Shown here piece after piece: positions 9,086-18,781 of a DNA stretch of 61,353 nucleotides. A program made the translations under genes and the position numbers. This stretch comes from Hyphomicrobiales bacterium (GTDB lineage: Bacteria; Pseudomonadota; Alphaproteobacteria; Rhizobiales; Beijerinckiaceae): NCBI GenBank assembly GCA_003164915.1, contig PLRT01000178.1, forward strand, positions 1 through 61,353. The letters run 5' to 3'. How positions within the stretch are numbered: the first letter of the stretch is position 1; the number at the start of each line of letters is the position of its first letter. The notes below the pieces were generated by a model. That model saw only the letters and a program-made list of their open reading frames with translations, ran no database searches and had not been told where the DNA came from.

Positions 9086-9118
9086 TGTTGCAGTGCAACA
9101 TAATTTTGCGCCGCAACA
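9086..9118. promoter_or_regulatory. Tandem TGC-N3-GCA palindromes, probable PhaR operator
   Basis: Perfect inverted repeat TGTTGCA-G-TGCAACA (9086-9100) plus TTTTGCGCCGCAACA (9104-9118), directly upstream of the phasin genes. Confidence 0.65.
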
Positions 9119-9179
9119 CGCCGATTAACCCTATCCCGGGCCAGCGGGGGATGATCCGAAGGAAAGCCGAGCGAAGGCG

Positions 9180-9194
9180 TTAAGTTTTTGGTAA
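9180..9194. promoter_or_regulatory. CtrA-like box upstream of the PdhS-like kinase
   Basis: TTAA-GTTTTTG-GTAA (reverse TTAC-N7-TTAAC), one mismatch from TTAA-N7-TTAA; additional TTAACC half site at 9125. Confidence 0.5.
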
Positions 9195-9249
9195 GCATGC
9201 CTTTGCCGCGCGATTTTGACCGCGCCAAGGCTGAACCGCATCGACGCCG

Positions 9250-11871
9250 ATGGACGCCGACCACGCCATGACCGCCCCCGATGAGATCGTCACCCTGCTC
9301 GCCGGGTCGCCGTTCGCCGACCGGCTGGCGCGCGGCGCGGCGACCATCGTCGCTGCTGGTCGGCCAGCGCGCGTCCTGTTCGCCAATCCGCCGGCCATGG
9401 CGTTGTTCGGCGCGGCCGACCGCGCCGCGCTCGAGGCGCAACTGTTCTCCGCGTCGAGCCCCGGCGCGCGTCGCCTTGTCGGTCTCGCCGAAGCCGAAGC
9501 GGTCGGTCCGCCGCGCGTCGAGTCCCTGCGCTTCTGGCTCGGGCGGCGGCCCCTGCCGCTTGCGCTGCTGTGCGGCCGGATCGGCGAAAGGCTCATCGTC
9601 GCCACGCCGCCGACGCCGGACGAACGTCAGATCGCCGCGCTCGACGCCCCCGCCGCCCCCGAGCCGCCGTGCGCGCCGCCGCCGCGGCGGTTTCTGTGGC
9701 GACTTGACGGCGAGGAGCGCTTCGGCGCGGTCGATCCGGCGCTCGCGGCCGCCTTCGGCGACCGGATCCCGCGCGAGGGCGAGACACTGACGGCGTTTGT
9801 CGCCCGCGCCGGCTTCGACCGCGGCGGCAGGTTCGCCGAGGCGCTCGCGACGCGCCGCACCTTCGCCGCGCTGCCGGTCGGTTGGGGCGAAAGCGAATCC
9901 GCCCGCATCGCGCTGATGTCCGGCGCGCCGCAATTCGACAGCGACCGTCGGATCGCCGGCTGGCGCGGGTTCGGGCTGTTCGCCGAAGAGCCGGCGTCCT
10001 CCCGGACGAGCCCGCCGCCGGCGGAGATCGCCGTCTCCCCCGCGTCCGCGGAAGCTGCGCCGGAATCGCCGCCCGCGCCGCCGCAGGACGCCGCGCCGCC
10101 CGCCCCCCCTCAACGCGCGGCGCCGCCGGCCGAGCGCGGGGCCGAAATCGTCGTCCTGCGTCCCGCGCCGCCAGCGGCAGCCAATGTCGTGCCGATCCGC
10201 CCCGGCGCAATGACGCCGCCGAGCCCGGAGGAGCCTCGCCACGGCGACGACAATGTCGAACTCTCGAGCCATGAACGCGACGCGTTTCGCGAAATCGCCC
10301 GCGCGCTCGGCGCGCGCCTGCCGGGGCGCGGCGAAGACGACGGACGGCGCGATCTCATCGACTTGACGCCGTCGCCTGCCCCCGAACCGACGAAGAGCGC
10401 TCCGGGCATCGTCGACGCCAACGCCGAAACGCTGCTCGACCACCTGCCGATCGGCGCGATGGTGCTCAGCGGCGGCGAACCGGTCTACCTCAACCGCACG
10501 CTGCTCGAACTCGCGGGCTATCGTGATCTCGGCGAATTCCGCGCCGCCGACGGCCTCAAGAAGATGTTCCGCGGCCGCGACGCGCAGTCCCTCGCCGAAG
10601 CGAGCGAGGGCGGCGCGGCGCCGCTGGTGGCGGCAGGCGGCGAGTTGATCGCGGTCGACGCGCTCGCCCAGACGATTGCGTGGGACGGCGCGCCAGCGAC
10701 CCTGCTGGCGCTGCGCCGCTCGCGCGAGGTCGAATATCAGGAGCGGCAGCGCCGCCTCGAGCGCGAAGCGCGCGACCTCAGGGCGCTCCTCGACTCCGCC
10801 GCCGACGGCGTGATCACCCTCGACGAATCCGGCCGCGTGCTGGCGATGAGCCGCGGCGCCGAGGCGCTGTTCGGCTACGACGCGAAGGAAGTCTCGGGCG
10901 AGAGCTTCCTCATCCTGTTCGAGCCGCAGAGCCAGAGCGAGGCGGCGGCGCGCTTCGAAGGGGCGCGGCGCGGAGAGCCGCCGGCGCGCGGCGGCGAAGA
11001 ACTCTCCGGCCGCGACCGTCGCGGCCAGACCCTGCCGGTGGCGATGACGCTCGCGCATTTCGCCGACGCCGGCGCGCCGCCGCGCTATTGCGCCGCGCTA
11101 CGCGATCTCGGGCAGGCCAAGACGATTGAACGCGCGCTGGAGACGGCGCGCGCCGCCGCCGAGCAGGCGAACGCGCGCAAGACCGAGTTCCTCGCCCGCA
11201 TCAGCCACGAAGTGCGCACGCCGCTGCACGCCATCCTCGGCTTCGCCGAAGTGATGATGGAGGAGCGCTTTGGGGCGATCGGCAACGACCGCTACAAGGA
11301 CTACGTCCGCGACATCCACGCCTCGGCGCGGCACGTCATGAGCCTCGCCAACGATCTGCTCGATCTCGCCAGGATCGAAGCGGGCAAGCTCGAGCTCGAG
11401 TTCGCACCGGTCGACGCCAACCGGGTCGTGCGCGAGTGCGTATCGCTGATGCAGCCGCAGGCTGCGCACGAGCGCATCATCATGCGCATGTCGCTGATGG
11501 AACGCCTGCCGGCGGTGATGGCCGACGAGCGCGCGCTGCGCCAAATCCTGCTCAACCTGCTCTCCAACGCGGTCAAGTTCAACGAGCCGGGCGGGCAGGT
11601 GATTGTCTCGACCGCGCTCGACGAGGCCGGCCACGCCGTCATGCGTGTTCGCGACACCGGCGTCGGCATGAACGAGAACGAGATCGCCGCCGCGCTCGAG
11701 CCGTTCCGTCAGGTCGGCGACGCGGCGCAGCGGGCCGGCGGCGTCGGCCTCGGCCTGCCGCTGACCAAGGCGCTCGCCGAGGCCAACCATGCCGATTTCT
11801 CGATCAAGAGCCGCAAACAACAAGGCACTCTGGTCGAGATCGCGTTTCCGAGCGTCAAGGCGGCGCAGTAG
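9250..11871 (+). CDS. Cytoplasmic multi-PAS histidine kinase, PleC/DivJ homolog (PdhS/CbrA-like)
   Basis: H-box EFLARISHEVRTPLHAILGFAEVM, N-box NLLSNAVKF, DTGVGM, GVGLGLPL; PAS segments; LSSHERDAFREIARALG motif; Pro-rich linker; no TM helices. Confidence 0.88.
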   Translation: MDADHAMTAPDEIVTLLAGSPFADRLARGAATIVAAGRPARVLFANPPAMALFGAADRAALEAQLFSASSPGARRLVGLAEAEAVGPPRVESLRFWLGRRPLPLALLCGRIGERLIVATPPTPDERQIAALDAPAAPEPPCAPPPRRFLWRLDGEERFGAVDPALAAAFGDRIPREGETLTAFVARAGFDRGGRFAEALATRRTFAALPVGWGESESARIALMSGAPQFDSDRRIAGWRGFGLFAEEPASSRTSPPPAEIAVSPASAEAAPESPPAPPQDAAPPAPPQRAAPPAERGAEIVVLRPAPPAAANVVPIRPGAMTPPSPEEPRHGDDNVELSSHERDAFREIARALGARLPGRGEDDGRRDLIDLTPSPAPEPTKSAPGIVDANAETLLDHLPIGAMVLSGGEPVYLNRTLLELAGYRDLGEFRAADGLKKMFRGRDAQSLAEASEGGAAPLVAAGGELIAVDALAQTIAWDGAPATLLALRRSREVEYQERQRRLEREARDLRALLDSAADGVITLDESGRVLAMSRGAEALFGYDAKEVSGESFLILFEPQSQSEAAARFEGARRGEPPARGGEELSGRDRRGQTLPVAMTLAHFADAGAPPRYCAALRDLGQAKTIERALETARAAAEQANARKTEFLARISHEVRTPLHAILGFAEVMMEERFGAIGNDRYKDYVRDIHASARHVMSLANDLLDLARIEAGKLELEFAPVDANRVVRECVSLMQPQAAHERIIMRMSLMERLPAVMADERALRQILLNLLSNAVKFNEPGGQVIVSTALDEAGHAVMRVRDTGVGMNENEIAAALEPFRQVGDAAQRAGGVGLGLPLTKALAEANHADFSIKSRKQQGTLVEIAFPSVKAAQ

Positions 11872-11993
11872 AAGCAAGGTTTGCGCGCCCGCAAAAACCG
11901 CGCAATTTGAAATAATTCGATGAAATGCCGTTAGCGGCTGAGGTTTACGGTCAGCTTGCGCCGGCCGCAGGAACGCCGAGCGGAACCGCTTCT

Positions 11994-12809
11994 ATGAAAC
12001 TCCTGGCAGGGGTCGGGCGACCGACGATCCGCGACGAACGCGAGCTGGCGGGCTACGTGGCCATGGTCACGGGGTTTGCGCTGGCGTTCGCGCTTGCCGT
12101 CGACGTCGCCAACCAGCTCACCTTCTTCGTCGACTGGGGGCGCTGCCTGTGGTCGTGGACCGTCACCACGGTCGTCTGTCTGGTGGTTGCGTCGCCGACC
12201 GCCTATGCGATCGGCCACGCCCACCTCGAGCTGTATCGCGCCAAGGAGCTCGCGGACGCGCTTGGCCGCGCCGATTCGCTGACCGGCCTTGCCAATCGTC
12301 GCGCGCTGATCGAGGAAGCCGAGGCGGAACTCTCGCAGGTGCGGGCGCTGACGATCTTCGACGTCGATCGCTTCAAGGCAGTCAACGACGCCTACGGTCA
12401 TCTGGTCGGCGACGCCGCGCTGCGGGCCGTCGGCAAGATCATGCAGGAGGAACTCGGCGGTCTCGGCCTCGTCGCGCGCTTCGGCGGCGAGGAATTCGCC
12501 GTGTTGTCGACCCGCACTTCGAACGACGAACTGGTCGCGCGGCTGCTCGCGTTCCGCGATCGCCTCCGCGCCACGCCGATCCTGGTCGGCGACGTCACGC
12601 TGCGGGTGACGGTCTCGGCCGGCGTCGCGCTGCGCGAAGAGGACGACGGCTTCGATCGCCTCTACGGCCTCGCCGACCGCGCGCTCTACGAAGCGAAGGC
12701 CGCCGGCCGCAACACATTCCGCTTTCCGCCCGCGCTCGAACCGCTGGTCAATCGAATTGCGGCGCGCTTCGATCCGAACGAGCGGATCGCCACGCTGCGC
12801 AGCGCCTGA
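11994..12809 (+). CDS. Membrane-anchored diguanylate cyclase (GGEEF)
   Basis: Two N-terminal TM helices, DSLTGLANRR, DVDRFKAVNDAYGH..GD, RFGGEEF; no RxxD I-site. Start could also be 11925. Confidence 0.9.
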   Translation: MKLLAGVGRPTIRDERELAGYVAMVTGFALAFALAVDVANQLTFFVDWGRCLWSWTVTTVVCLVVASPTAYAIGHAHLELYRAKELADALGRADSLTGLANRRALIEEAEAELSQVRALTIFDVDRFKAVNDAYGHLVGDAALRAVGKIMQEELGGLGLVARFGGEEFAVLSTRTSNDELVARLLAFRDRLRATPILVGDVTLRVTVSAGVALREEDDGFDRLYGLADRALYEAKAAGRNTFRFPPALEPLVNRIAARFDPNERIATLRSA

Positions 12810-12853
12810 CCTTCCGCGTTTATGGCGCAAAGTCCGGGCGCCAAGCGCCAGGG

Positions 12854-13232
12854 TCGCTTCGCGCGCGTCCATTCGCAGGACTTGCAGATCGGGCCGCCGA
12901 ACACGCAGCCGGCGGTGGTCAAACGTTCGCCCGCCAGCGTCATCGCGCCCGAATAGGTGCGGCCGTCGTCGGGATTGAACGCCGAGCCCGCCCCTGTCTC
13001 CTCGCGGTTCGGCTTCATGTCGAAGAAAACCTGCTGACCGACCTTGACGGGGCTGTCGGCGTCGCGCAGCCATGCGATCGCCCCGCAAACGTCGCCGCCG
13101 CCGCGATGCGTGGAACCGCACCTTCGACTTGCGGTCGTCGCGCATTCATTTGCCGAACACGTCGGCGGCGAAGGCCGCGGACGAGCAGGCGACGATGGCC
13201 GCGATCGCCAGCGTCAAGCGGCGGATCGTCAC
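12854..13232 (-). pseudogene. DUF2147-family secreted protein, disrupted
   Basis: RBS GGGGAG, GTG start and signal peptide, then VFGK-TGA (13146-13148, where Trp is expected) and a frameshift near 13105. Continues VCGAIAWL...GQQVFFDMKP...AFNPDDGRTYSG.MTL.G..L...GCVFGG.ICKS..WTR; probable old stop now reads CGA at 12854-12856. Confidence 0.75.
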
Positions 13233-13327
13233 AACTCCCCTTTGGCGTTCCCGATTCGCGCGCCCGTTCCGGCGCGGCGTCGGGGATGAAAGCCGCAAGC
13301 TTCGGGCGCGGTCATGGCCGCCGCCGA

Positions 13328-13861
13328 TCAGAAGCCGACGGCGCGGAGCGCCACCGGGCGCTGCTGATCGGCGGCGAACTCGAGCGCCCAGTAGACCCCG
13401 TAATGGGTCTGCGCGCTCTTGGCGATGGCGACGCCCATGCGGGTGAAGCCGGGCTTGCGCAGGTTGGCGTCGTGCTCGGCCGAGCCGCGCCAGCCGGCCA
13501 TCGCTTCGTCGAGGGTGAAATAGCCGGCGCCGAGATTTTCGCCCGCCTCGGTCGCGGCGATTCCGGCAGCGGCGAGCCGCGTCGTGAACGCGCCGCCGAC
13601 ATTGTGCGACAGCGCGTCGCCGGCCACCATCGCGTCGGCCTGCCGCTGCGCCATCGCGGTCAATATCGGGTCCAGCCGCAACGGCGCGAGGCCGCGACTC
13701 GAGCGATAGGCGTTGATCGCGGCCTCCGCGGCGCCGGGGTCGAGCCGCACGTCATCGAGACGGCGCGCCAGCCGCGAATCGATCGGCGCCAGCGGCTCCT
13801 CGCCGCAGGCGGCGAGCAGCAGAGTCGCGGCGGCGATCAGCGCGAACGGGCGAATCGACAT
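13328..13861 (-). CDS. CAP/SCP-domain lipoprotein
   Basis: Lipobox LLLAAC; INAYR..RGL.PL..D..L...A..QA..M, LSH, GENLG, W..S..H..NL, YWALEF. Confidence 0.88.
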   Translation of the reverse strand: MSIRPFALIAAATLLLAACGEEPLAPIDSRLARRLDDVRLDPGAAEAAINAYRSSRGLAPLRLDPILTAMAQRQADAMVAGDALSHNVGGAFTTRLAAAGIAATEAGENLGAGYFTLDEAMAGWRGSAEHDANLRKPGFTRMGVAIAKSAQTHYGVYWALEFAADQQRPVALRAVGF

Positions 13862-14472
13862 CAGGCGAGATCCTCGGCCCAGCGCGGGCGATAGCCGGCT
13901 TCGAGCGCGGCGACAAGCGCCGGCGGCGTCAAAACGCGCGCCTTTCCGCCCGCCGGCCGCGGCTCGGGCGCGCCATAGCCAAAGACGCTCCACGGCAGCA
14001 GCGCCGCGCCGCGTACGGCATAGGGCCGGCCGTCGCGCTCGATCATCGTCCCGTCAGGCAAACCGGCGAACGGGCGCTCGCCGCAGCGGTCGGGAAGCGG
14101 CGCGAGCCGCTGGCGATGGAGGATGGCGTCGATCTGCGGCGCGCCTGGCCTTCGGGCGTCGAACGCCGTGCGGAACGCCTCCGCGTCGGCGCGGCGGCAG
14201 AGAAAGCAAGGCCGATGGCCGGCGGCGAGCGCAGTCGGCTCGTCGAGGAAGAACAGCTCGGTGTAGCTCGCGCCCCACACCGCGCGATGGCGCCCCTGGA
14301 ACGCGCATCGGCACGAGATCCATTGCCGCGACGCCCAGCGACGGCGGCCGAGGGTCCGGTCGGGGCGATGGAAACGCCCGCCGCGATTGCCCATCAGCGC
14401 GCCGCGCGCGGCGACGGAGACGAGCGCGCCATAGGGATCGACGCGGTTCTGCAGTGGCCGCTGGGCGGTCAT
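13861..14472 (-). CDS. Conserved hypothetical protein with Ada-N-like Cys motif
   Basis: PLQNRVDP.G, MGNRGG, WISC, YTELFFLDE.TALAAGHRPCFLCRR; ATGA-type overlaps with both neighbours. Confidence 0.8.
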   Translation of the reverse strand: MTAQRPLQNRVDPYGALVSVAARGALMGNRGGRFHRPDRTLGRRRWASRQWISCRCAFQGRHRAVWGASYTELFFLDEPTALAAGHRPCFLCRRADAEAFRTAFDARRPGAPQIDAILHRQRLAPLPDRCGERPFAGLPDGTMIERDGRPYAVRGAALLPWSVFGYGAPEPRPAGGKARVLTPPALVAALEAGYRPRWAEDLA

Positions 14473-15968
14473 TGCGCCGATGAAGCGGGGGGCGGCGAGC
14501 GCAGCAACTCGGCGAATGGCGACGCCGGCGCGGCGCTCGCCGAAGCGTCCGCCGCCTCGTCGAGGCCATAGACGTCGTTGCGAAAATTGGCGGGGCCGTC
14601 GCCGTTGGCCCAGCCGGTGAGATAGACCCAGACCACCGGCGTCGGATGTGCGACCTTGATGTCCTCGCGCGCGCCGGTCTTGATCTCGGCGATCAGCCCC
14701 TCCTTGTCCCAGGCGCCGCCGAGCGGCGCGCCGCCCGCGCCGTCGAGCAGCCAGGCGGCAAGATCGTAGACCCCCTGCACCCGCACGCAGCCGTGGCTCA
14801 AGAAGCGGTAGTCGGCGCCGAAAAGCAGCTTCGACGGCGTGTCGTGCATGTAGACGGCGAGCTTGTTGGGCATGTCGATGCGGATCGACCCGAGCGAATT
14901 GCCGGCGCCCGAATCCTGGCGCAGCGTGTAATTGACCGCGCGCTGGGTCGACCAGTCGATGCGCTTGGGATCGACCTCGGCGCCGCTGGCGTCGAGAATG
15001 CGGATCTTCTCGCGCGCCAGATAGCCGGGATCGCGCTGCATGCGGGGGATGATCTCCTTCTTGATGATCGAAACCGGCACGGTCCAGGTCGGATTGAGGT
15101 TGATCGCGGCGACATGCGCGGCGATCTGCGGCGAGGGGTGGTCGACGTCGCCGACGATCGCCGCGTAGCGATGGACGACGACGCCGTTCTCGACCGCTTC
15201 GACCGAAGCCGAGGGCAGGTTGACGACGACATAGCGTTCGCCGAACGCGAAGCTGAGATCGGCGAGACGGCGCGCGCTGGCGGCGAGCTCTTGCGCACGC
15301 ACGCTGGCGGGAATGTTGAGCGCCTTCAGCGTCGCGCCGGCGACGGTCCCGGTCTGCCGCAGGCCCATGCGCGCCTGGAAGCGCTTGACCGCAGCCGTCA
15401 GCTCGGGGCTCCACGCCAGCGACGAAAGCCCTTCGGCTTCGCTGCGACCGAGGTCGCCTTCGATCGCCAAGCGCCGCCGCAGGTCGGCGACTTCGGGGCC
15501 CTTCGAGCGCGGGCCGAGCTGGCTTTCGATTTCGGGCCAGCCGCCCGCCGCGTCGAACGCGGCGTAACGGTCGGCGGCGCGCGCCGTCAGCGCGGCGGTG
15601 TCGGGGGTCAGCGTCGGAGTCGGGTCGGTCGACAATGCGGTTTCGAGCGGGGGTGGCGGCGCGATCCTTTTCTTTGGCTTGGCCGGCGCAGCGACGACAG
15701 GGACCGGCGCGGACGAAGGGGTTGCGGCGGGGGCGGCGGGCGCAGGAGCTTCGCCGGGCAGCGCCGGAACGGCGGAAAAGCCGGCGGGAACCAGAACCTC
15801 GGCAGGGATGGGAATGGTCGCGGGGTTGACCGCGGGCGACGCGGCTGGCGCCGGCGGGGTCGACGACGCCGGAACCGGCGCGGTCGCATCCTCGGCGAAT
15901 GTCACGGAGCCCGCGCAAACCAGCGCCAGCCCGGTCAGTCCGCCCGCCAAAAGCCGTCGAAACGCCAT
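14469..15968 (-). CDS. L,D-transpeptidase with peptidoglycan-binding domain (YcbB/LdtD-like)
   Basis: Signal peptide, Pro/Ala linker, AVKRFQARMGL PG-binding repeat, NPTWTVP, VYMHDTP, SHGCVRV catalytic motif. Confidence 0.92.
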   Translation of the reverse strand: MAFRRLLAGGLTGLALVCAGSVTFAEDATAPVPASSTPPAPAASPAVNPATIPIPAEVLVPAGFSAVPALPGEAPAPAAPAATPSSAPVPVVAAPAKPKKRIAPPPPLETALSTDPTPTLTPDTAALTARAADRYAAFDAAGGWPEIESQLGPRSKGPEVADLRRRLAIEGDLGRSEAEGLSSLAWSPELTAAVKRFQARMGLRQTGTVAGATLKALNIPASVRAQELAASARRLADLSFAFGERYVVVNLPSASVEAVENGVVVHRYAAIVGDVDHPSPQIAAHVAAINLNPTWTVPVSIIKKEIIPRMQRDPGYLAREKIRILDASGAEVDPKRIDWSTQRAVNYTLRQDSGAGNSLGSIRIDMPNKLAVYMHDTPSKLLFGADYRFLSHGCVRVQGVYDLAAWLLDGAGGAPLGGAWDKEGLIAEIKTGAREDIKVAHPTPVVWVYLTGWANGDGPANFRNDVYGLDEAADASASAAPASPFAELLRSPPPASSAQ

Positions 15969-16217
15969 CGCCACGGACCTCGTCGCATCCCGTTTCTTAA
16001 CTTCGCGTTGGTTACTAAATCGCGACGAAGGCCGGTTTGGGGCGGCCCACGGGGTCGACGCCGCGCCGGGACGCTTGCCGACGAGTCGGCGCGGGTCGTC
16101 CCACCCGCTCGGGCCAGTTGCGACTGCGGTCGCGTCAGGATTATGGCGGATATGAACTGGACGGGAAGGCGCGGCCACGCCGCCCGCCAGGCAGGGACCG
16201 GAACAAGGATCGCGACG

Positions 16218-16637
16218 ATGGCGGAATTGAGTGAATCGGTCGCCGGTCTCCGCATCGTCGGGGACGACCTCGACCCCGAGGAAGTGACCCGGCTGCTTGG
16301 AAAGGCGCCTGACCTGGCGAGGCGAAAAGGAGAGGTCGCTCTCGCCGCCGGGCGCGAGCGCGTCGCCCGCACGGGCACTTGGATGCTGAATACAGACAGT
16401 TCCGCGCCAGGCGACCTCGATCGCCAGATTGACGAGCTGCTCGCCGGAACGACCGACGACCTCGCCGTCTGGCGGCGTCTCGCCGACCGCTATCGTATCG
16501 ACGTCTTCTGCGGCCTGTTCATGAAAGAGCTGAACGAAGGAATCGCGATATCGCCGCAGACGCTGCAGAAACTAGCGGAACGCGGGATCAAGCTCGATCT
16601 CGACATTTACGCTGCGAGCAAGGAAGGCGAGGACTGA
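16218..16637 (+). CDS. DUF4279-type protein
   Basis: LRI.GDDLDPEEVTRLLG..P, TGTW.L, D.FCGLF, ISP.TL.KLAERGI.LDLDIY pattern; this is the C-terminal part of track ORF 14646..16637. Confidence 0.75.
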   Translation: MAELSESVAGLRIVGDDLDPEEVTRLLGKAPDLARRKGEVALAAGRERVARTGTWMLNTDSSAPGDLDRQIDELLAGTTDDLAVWRRLADRYRIDVFCGLFMKELNEGIAISPQTLQKLAERGIKLDLDIYAASKEGED

Positions 16638-16679
16638 CCTCGGGTCCCAGTCGAACGCCGATCGCAGGCCGGCGCCGAG

Positions 16680-17357
16680 CTAGCTCAGCCCTCTCGCCAC
16701 CACCACATGCAGCCGCCGCGGCCCGTGCGCGCCGAGCAGCAGGGTCTGCTCGATGTCGGCCGAGCGGGACGGGCCGGTGATGAAGTTGACCGTGCGCGGC
16801 AGCGCGCCCGGGCCGTATTTTTCCCGCAGCCTGGCGAACACGCTCTCGAGGTCGGCGACGAGGTCGTCGGCGAACAGCACGACGAAATGGTTGTCGGGCA
16901 GGAAATTGAGCGTGGTCGGGTTGTCGGCGCCGGAAACCAGCGCCAGCGTGCCGGTCTCGGCGACGCCCGCGAAGGCGGCCGCGACTGCGTTGAGGTCGTC
17001 GCCCTCGGACGGCCCGCGGGCGACTTCGAGCGCGGTTTCCGCCCACGGCATGTCGGCGAGGCGCGGGTCGTCGCCGAACCGGATCGTCGCCGGCAGATTG
17101 TTCTCGCGCAGGTAACGCGCGATCTCGGCCGGAACGTCGGCGGCGGTCGCGACTTCGGCGACCGTCGCCTGGACGCGCTCCGCCTCCGCCTTGAAGGTCG
17201 CCAGCCGTTCGGCGGCGTCTCCGTGGCCGCGCCGCGGAATGATTCCCACGGGAGCTTGAGCAAGCCGCGCGACGACCGCGTCGCGACGCGGCGCGTCGAC
17301 CGGGCCGACGTTCAGCGAACGGCGGATCGAAGCGAAGATCTCGTCGCGCGCGCTCAT
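16680..17357 (-). CDS. lutC: Lactate utilization protein C (LUD domain)
   Basis: GVAETGT, LNFLP, FITGPSRSADIEQTLLLGAHGPRRL; third gene of a coupled trio. Confidence 0.9.
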   Translation of the reverse strand: MSARDEIFASIRRSLNVGPVDAPRRDAVVARLAQAPVGIIPRRGHGDAAERLATFKAEAERVQATVAEVATAADVPAEIARYLRENNLPATIRFGDDPRLADMPWAETALEVARGPSEGDDLNAVAAAFAGVAETGTLALVSGADNPTTLNFLPDNHFVVLFADDLVADLESVFARLREKYGPGALPRTVNFITGPSRSADIEQTLLLGAHGPRRLHVVVARGLS

Positions 17358-18781
17358 CGCGTCGCTCCGCTCTTCGCCCGCCAGCGGCTCTGGAAGGTCG
17401 CGCCCTGCGGTGCGGGAAAGTCGCGCCCGCGCGTCCAGCCGCCGGCGAACGGCAGCCAAGCGAAGCGCCCGCGGCGGCGGCCGATCCGGGCCAGCAGCCG
17501 CATCGCCGGTTCGACCGCCAAGCCGTAGAGCGTCGGCCGGCTGGCGAAAAACGCCCAGAGGCGGATCGCGGCGCGCGCGAACGGCGACGTCAGGCCGCGT
17601 GCGAATTCGCGCTCGCGCCAGATTCGCATCAGCTTCGGCAGAGGGATGCGCATCGGGCAGACCGCTTCGCAGCGGCCGCAGAAGGTCGAGGCGTTGGGCA
17701 GGTTCCCGCCCTCGGCGACGCCGATCAGCAGCGGCGTCAGCACCGCGCCCATCGGCCCGGGATAGACCCAGCCGTAAGCGTGGCCGCCGACCGCATGATA
17801 GACCGGACAATGGTTCATGCAGGCGCCGCAGCGGATGCAGCGCAGCATCTCGGCGAACGGGCCGCCGAGCGTCGCCGAGCGGCCGTTGTCGAGCAGCACG
17901 ACGTGATACTCCTCCGGTCCGTCGGGATCGCCCGGCCGGCGCGGCCCGGTCGACAGCGTGGTGTAGACCGACATGTCCTGTCCGGTCGCCGAACGGGCCA
18001 GTACGCGCAGAATCTGCGCGACGTCGTTCAGCGTCGGCGTGATCTTCTCCAGCGAGGCGAGCACGACGTGGACCTTCGGCAGGATCTGAGTCAGGTCGCC
18101 GTTGCCCTCGTTGGTGACGATGATCGACGTCCCCGTCTCGGCGACGAGGAAATTCGCTCCGGTCAAGCCGATGTCGGCGGAAAGGAAGCGGTCGCGCAGG
18201 ATCGCGCGCGCCTCGCCGAGCAGCTGCTCGGGCTGCGAGAGGTCGCGATCGGGCGCGAGGTCGCGATGGGCGCGGCGAAAGTCGGCCTCGATGTCGTCGC
18301 GGCTGACATGAATCGCCGGAGCGATGATGTGCGAGGGCGCCTCGCCGCGCAGTTGGATGACATATTCGCCGAGGTCGGTCTCGACCGCATTTATGCCTTC
18401 GCGCTCGAGCGCCGCGTTGAGGCCGATCTCCTCGGAGATCATCGACTTGCCCTTGGTCACCACCTTGGCGTCGCGCGCCTTGCAGATGCCGAGGATGACG
18501 GCGACCGCTTCGTCGGAATCGCGCGCGTAATGGACGTGGCCGCCAGCCTCGACGACCTTCTTCTCGTAGGCCTCGAGATAGAGGTCGAGATGGGCGAGCG
18601 TATGATCCTTGATCGCGCGCGCGCTGTCGCGCAGCGCGTCGAATTCCGGCAGCCGCGCTGCGGCGTCGGCGCGGCGGCCGATGAAGTTGCGCGCATGCGG
18701 CAGCGCGCCTTGCAGGCGCAGGTCGTGCAGCGCCTCGTGGACATTGGCCTTGAAGCGCGGCGTGGTCGCGGCGACGCTCAT
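17354..18781 (-). CDS. lutB: Lactate utilization Fe-S protein B (LutB/LldF)
   Basis: KGKSMISEE, ETDLGEY, PSHIIAPA, TNEGN, CIRCGACMNHCP, STFCGRCEAVCP. Confidence 0.94.
   Translation of the reverse strand: MSVAATTPRFKANVHEALHDLRLQGALPHARNFIGRRADAAARLPEFDALRDSARAIKDHTLAHLDLYLEAYEKKVVEAGGHVHYARDSDEAVAVILGICKARDAKVVTKGKSMISEEIGLNAALEREGINAVETDLGEYVIQLRGEAPSHIIAPAIHVSRDDIEADFRRAHRDLAPDRDLSQPEQLLGEARAILRDRFLSADIGLTGANFLVAETGTSIIVTNEGNGDLTQILPKVHVVLASLEKITPTLNDVAQILRVLARSATGQDMSVYTTLSTGPRRPGDPDGPEEYHVVLLDNGRSATLGGPFAEMLRCIRCGACMNHCPVYHAVGGHAYGWVYPGPMGAVLTPLLIGVAEGGNLPNASTFCGRCEAVCPMRIPLPKLMRIWREREFARGLTSPFARAAIRLWAFFASRPTLYGLAVEPAMRLLARIGRRRGRFAWLPFAGGWTRGRDFPAPQGATFQSRWRAKSGATR

Noticed and set aside
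8656-11058. 800-aa ORF, and similarly the 1193-aa (47879), 998-aa (51495), 813-aa (22171) and 685-aa (13861) ORFs, as fusion proteins
   Set aside because: Only their 3' parts are real genes (phasin, bcsB, TPR, glcE, Ada-like protein); the 5' extensions overlap other well-supported genes.
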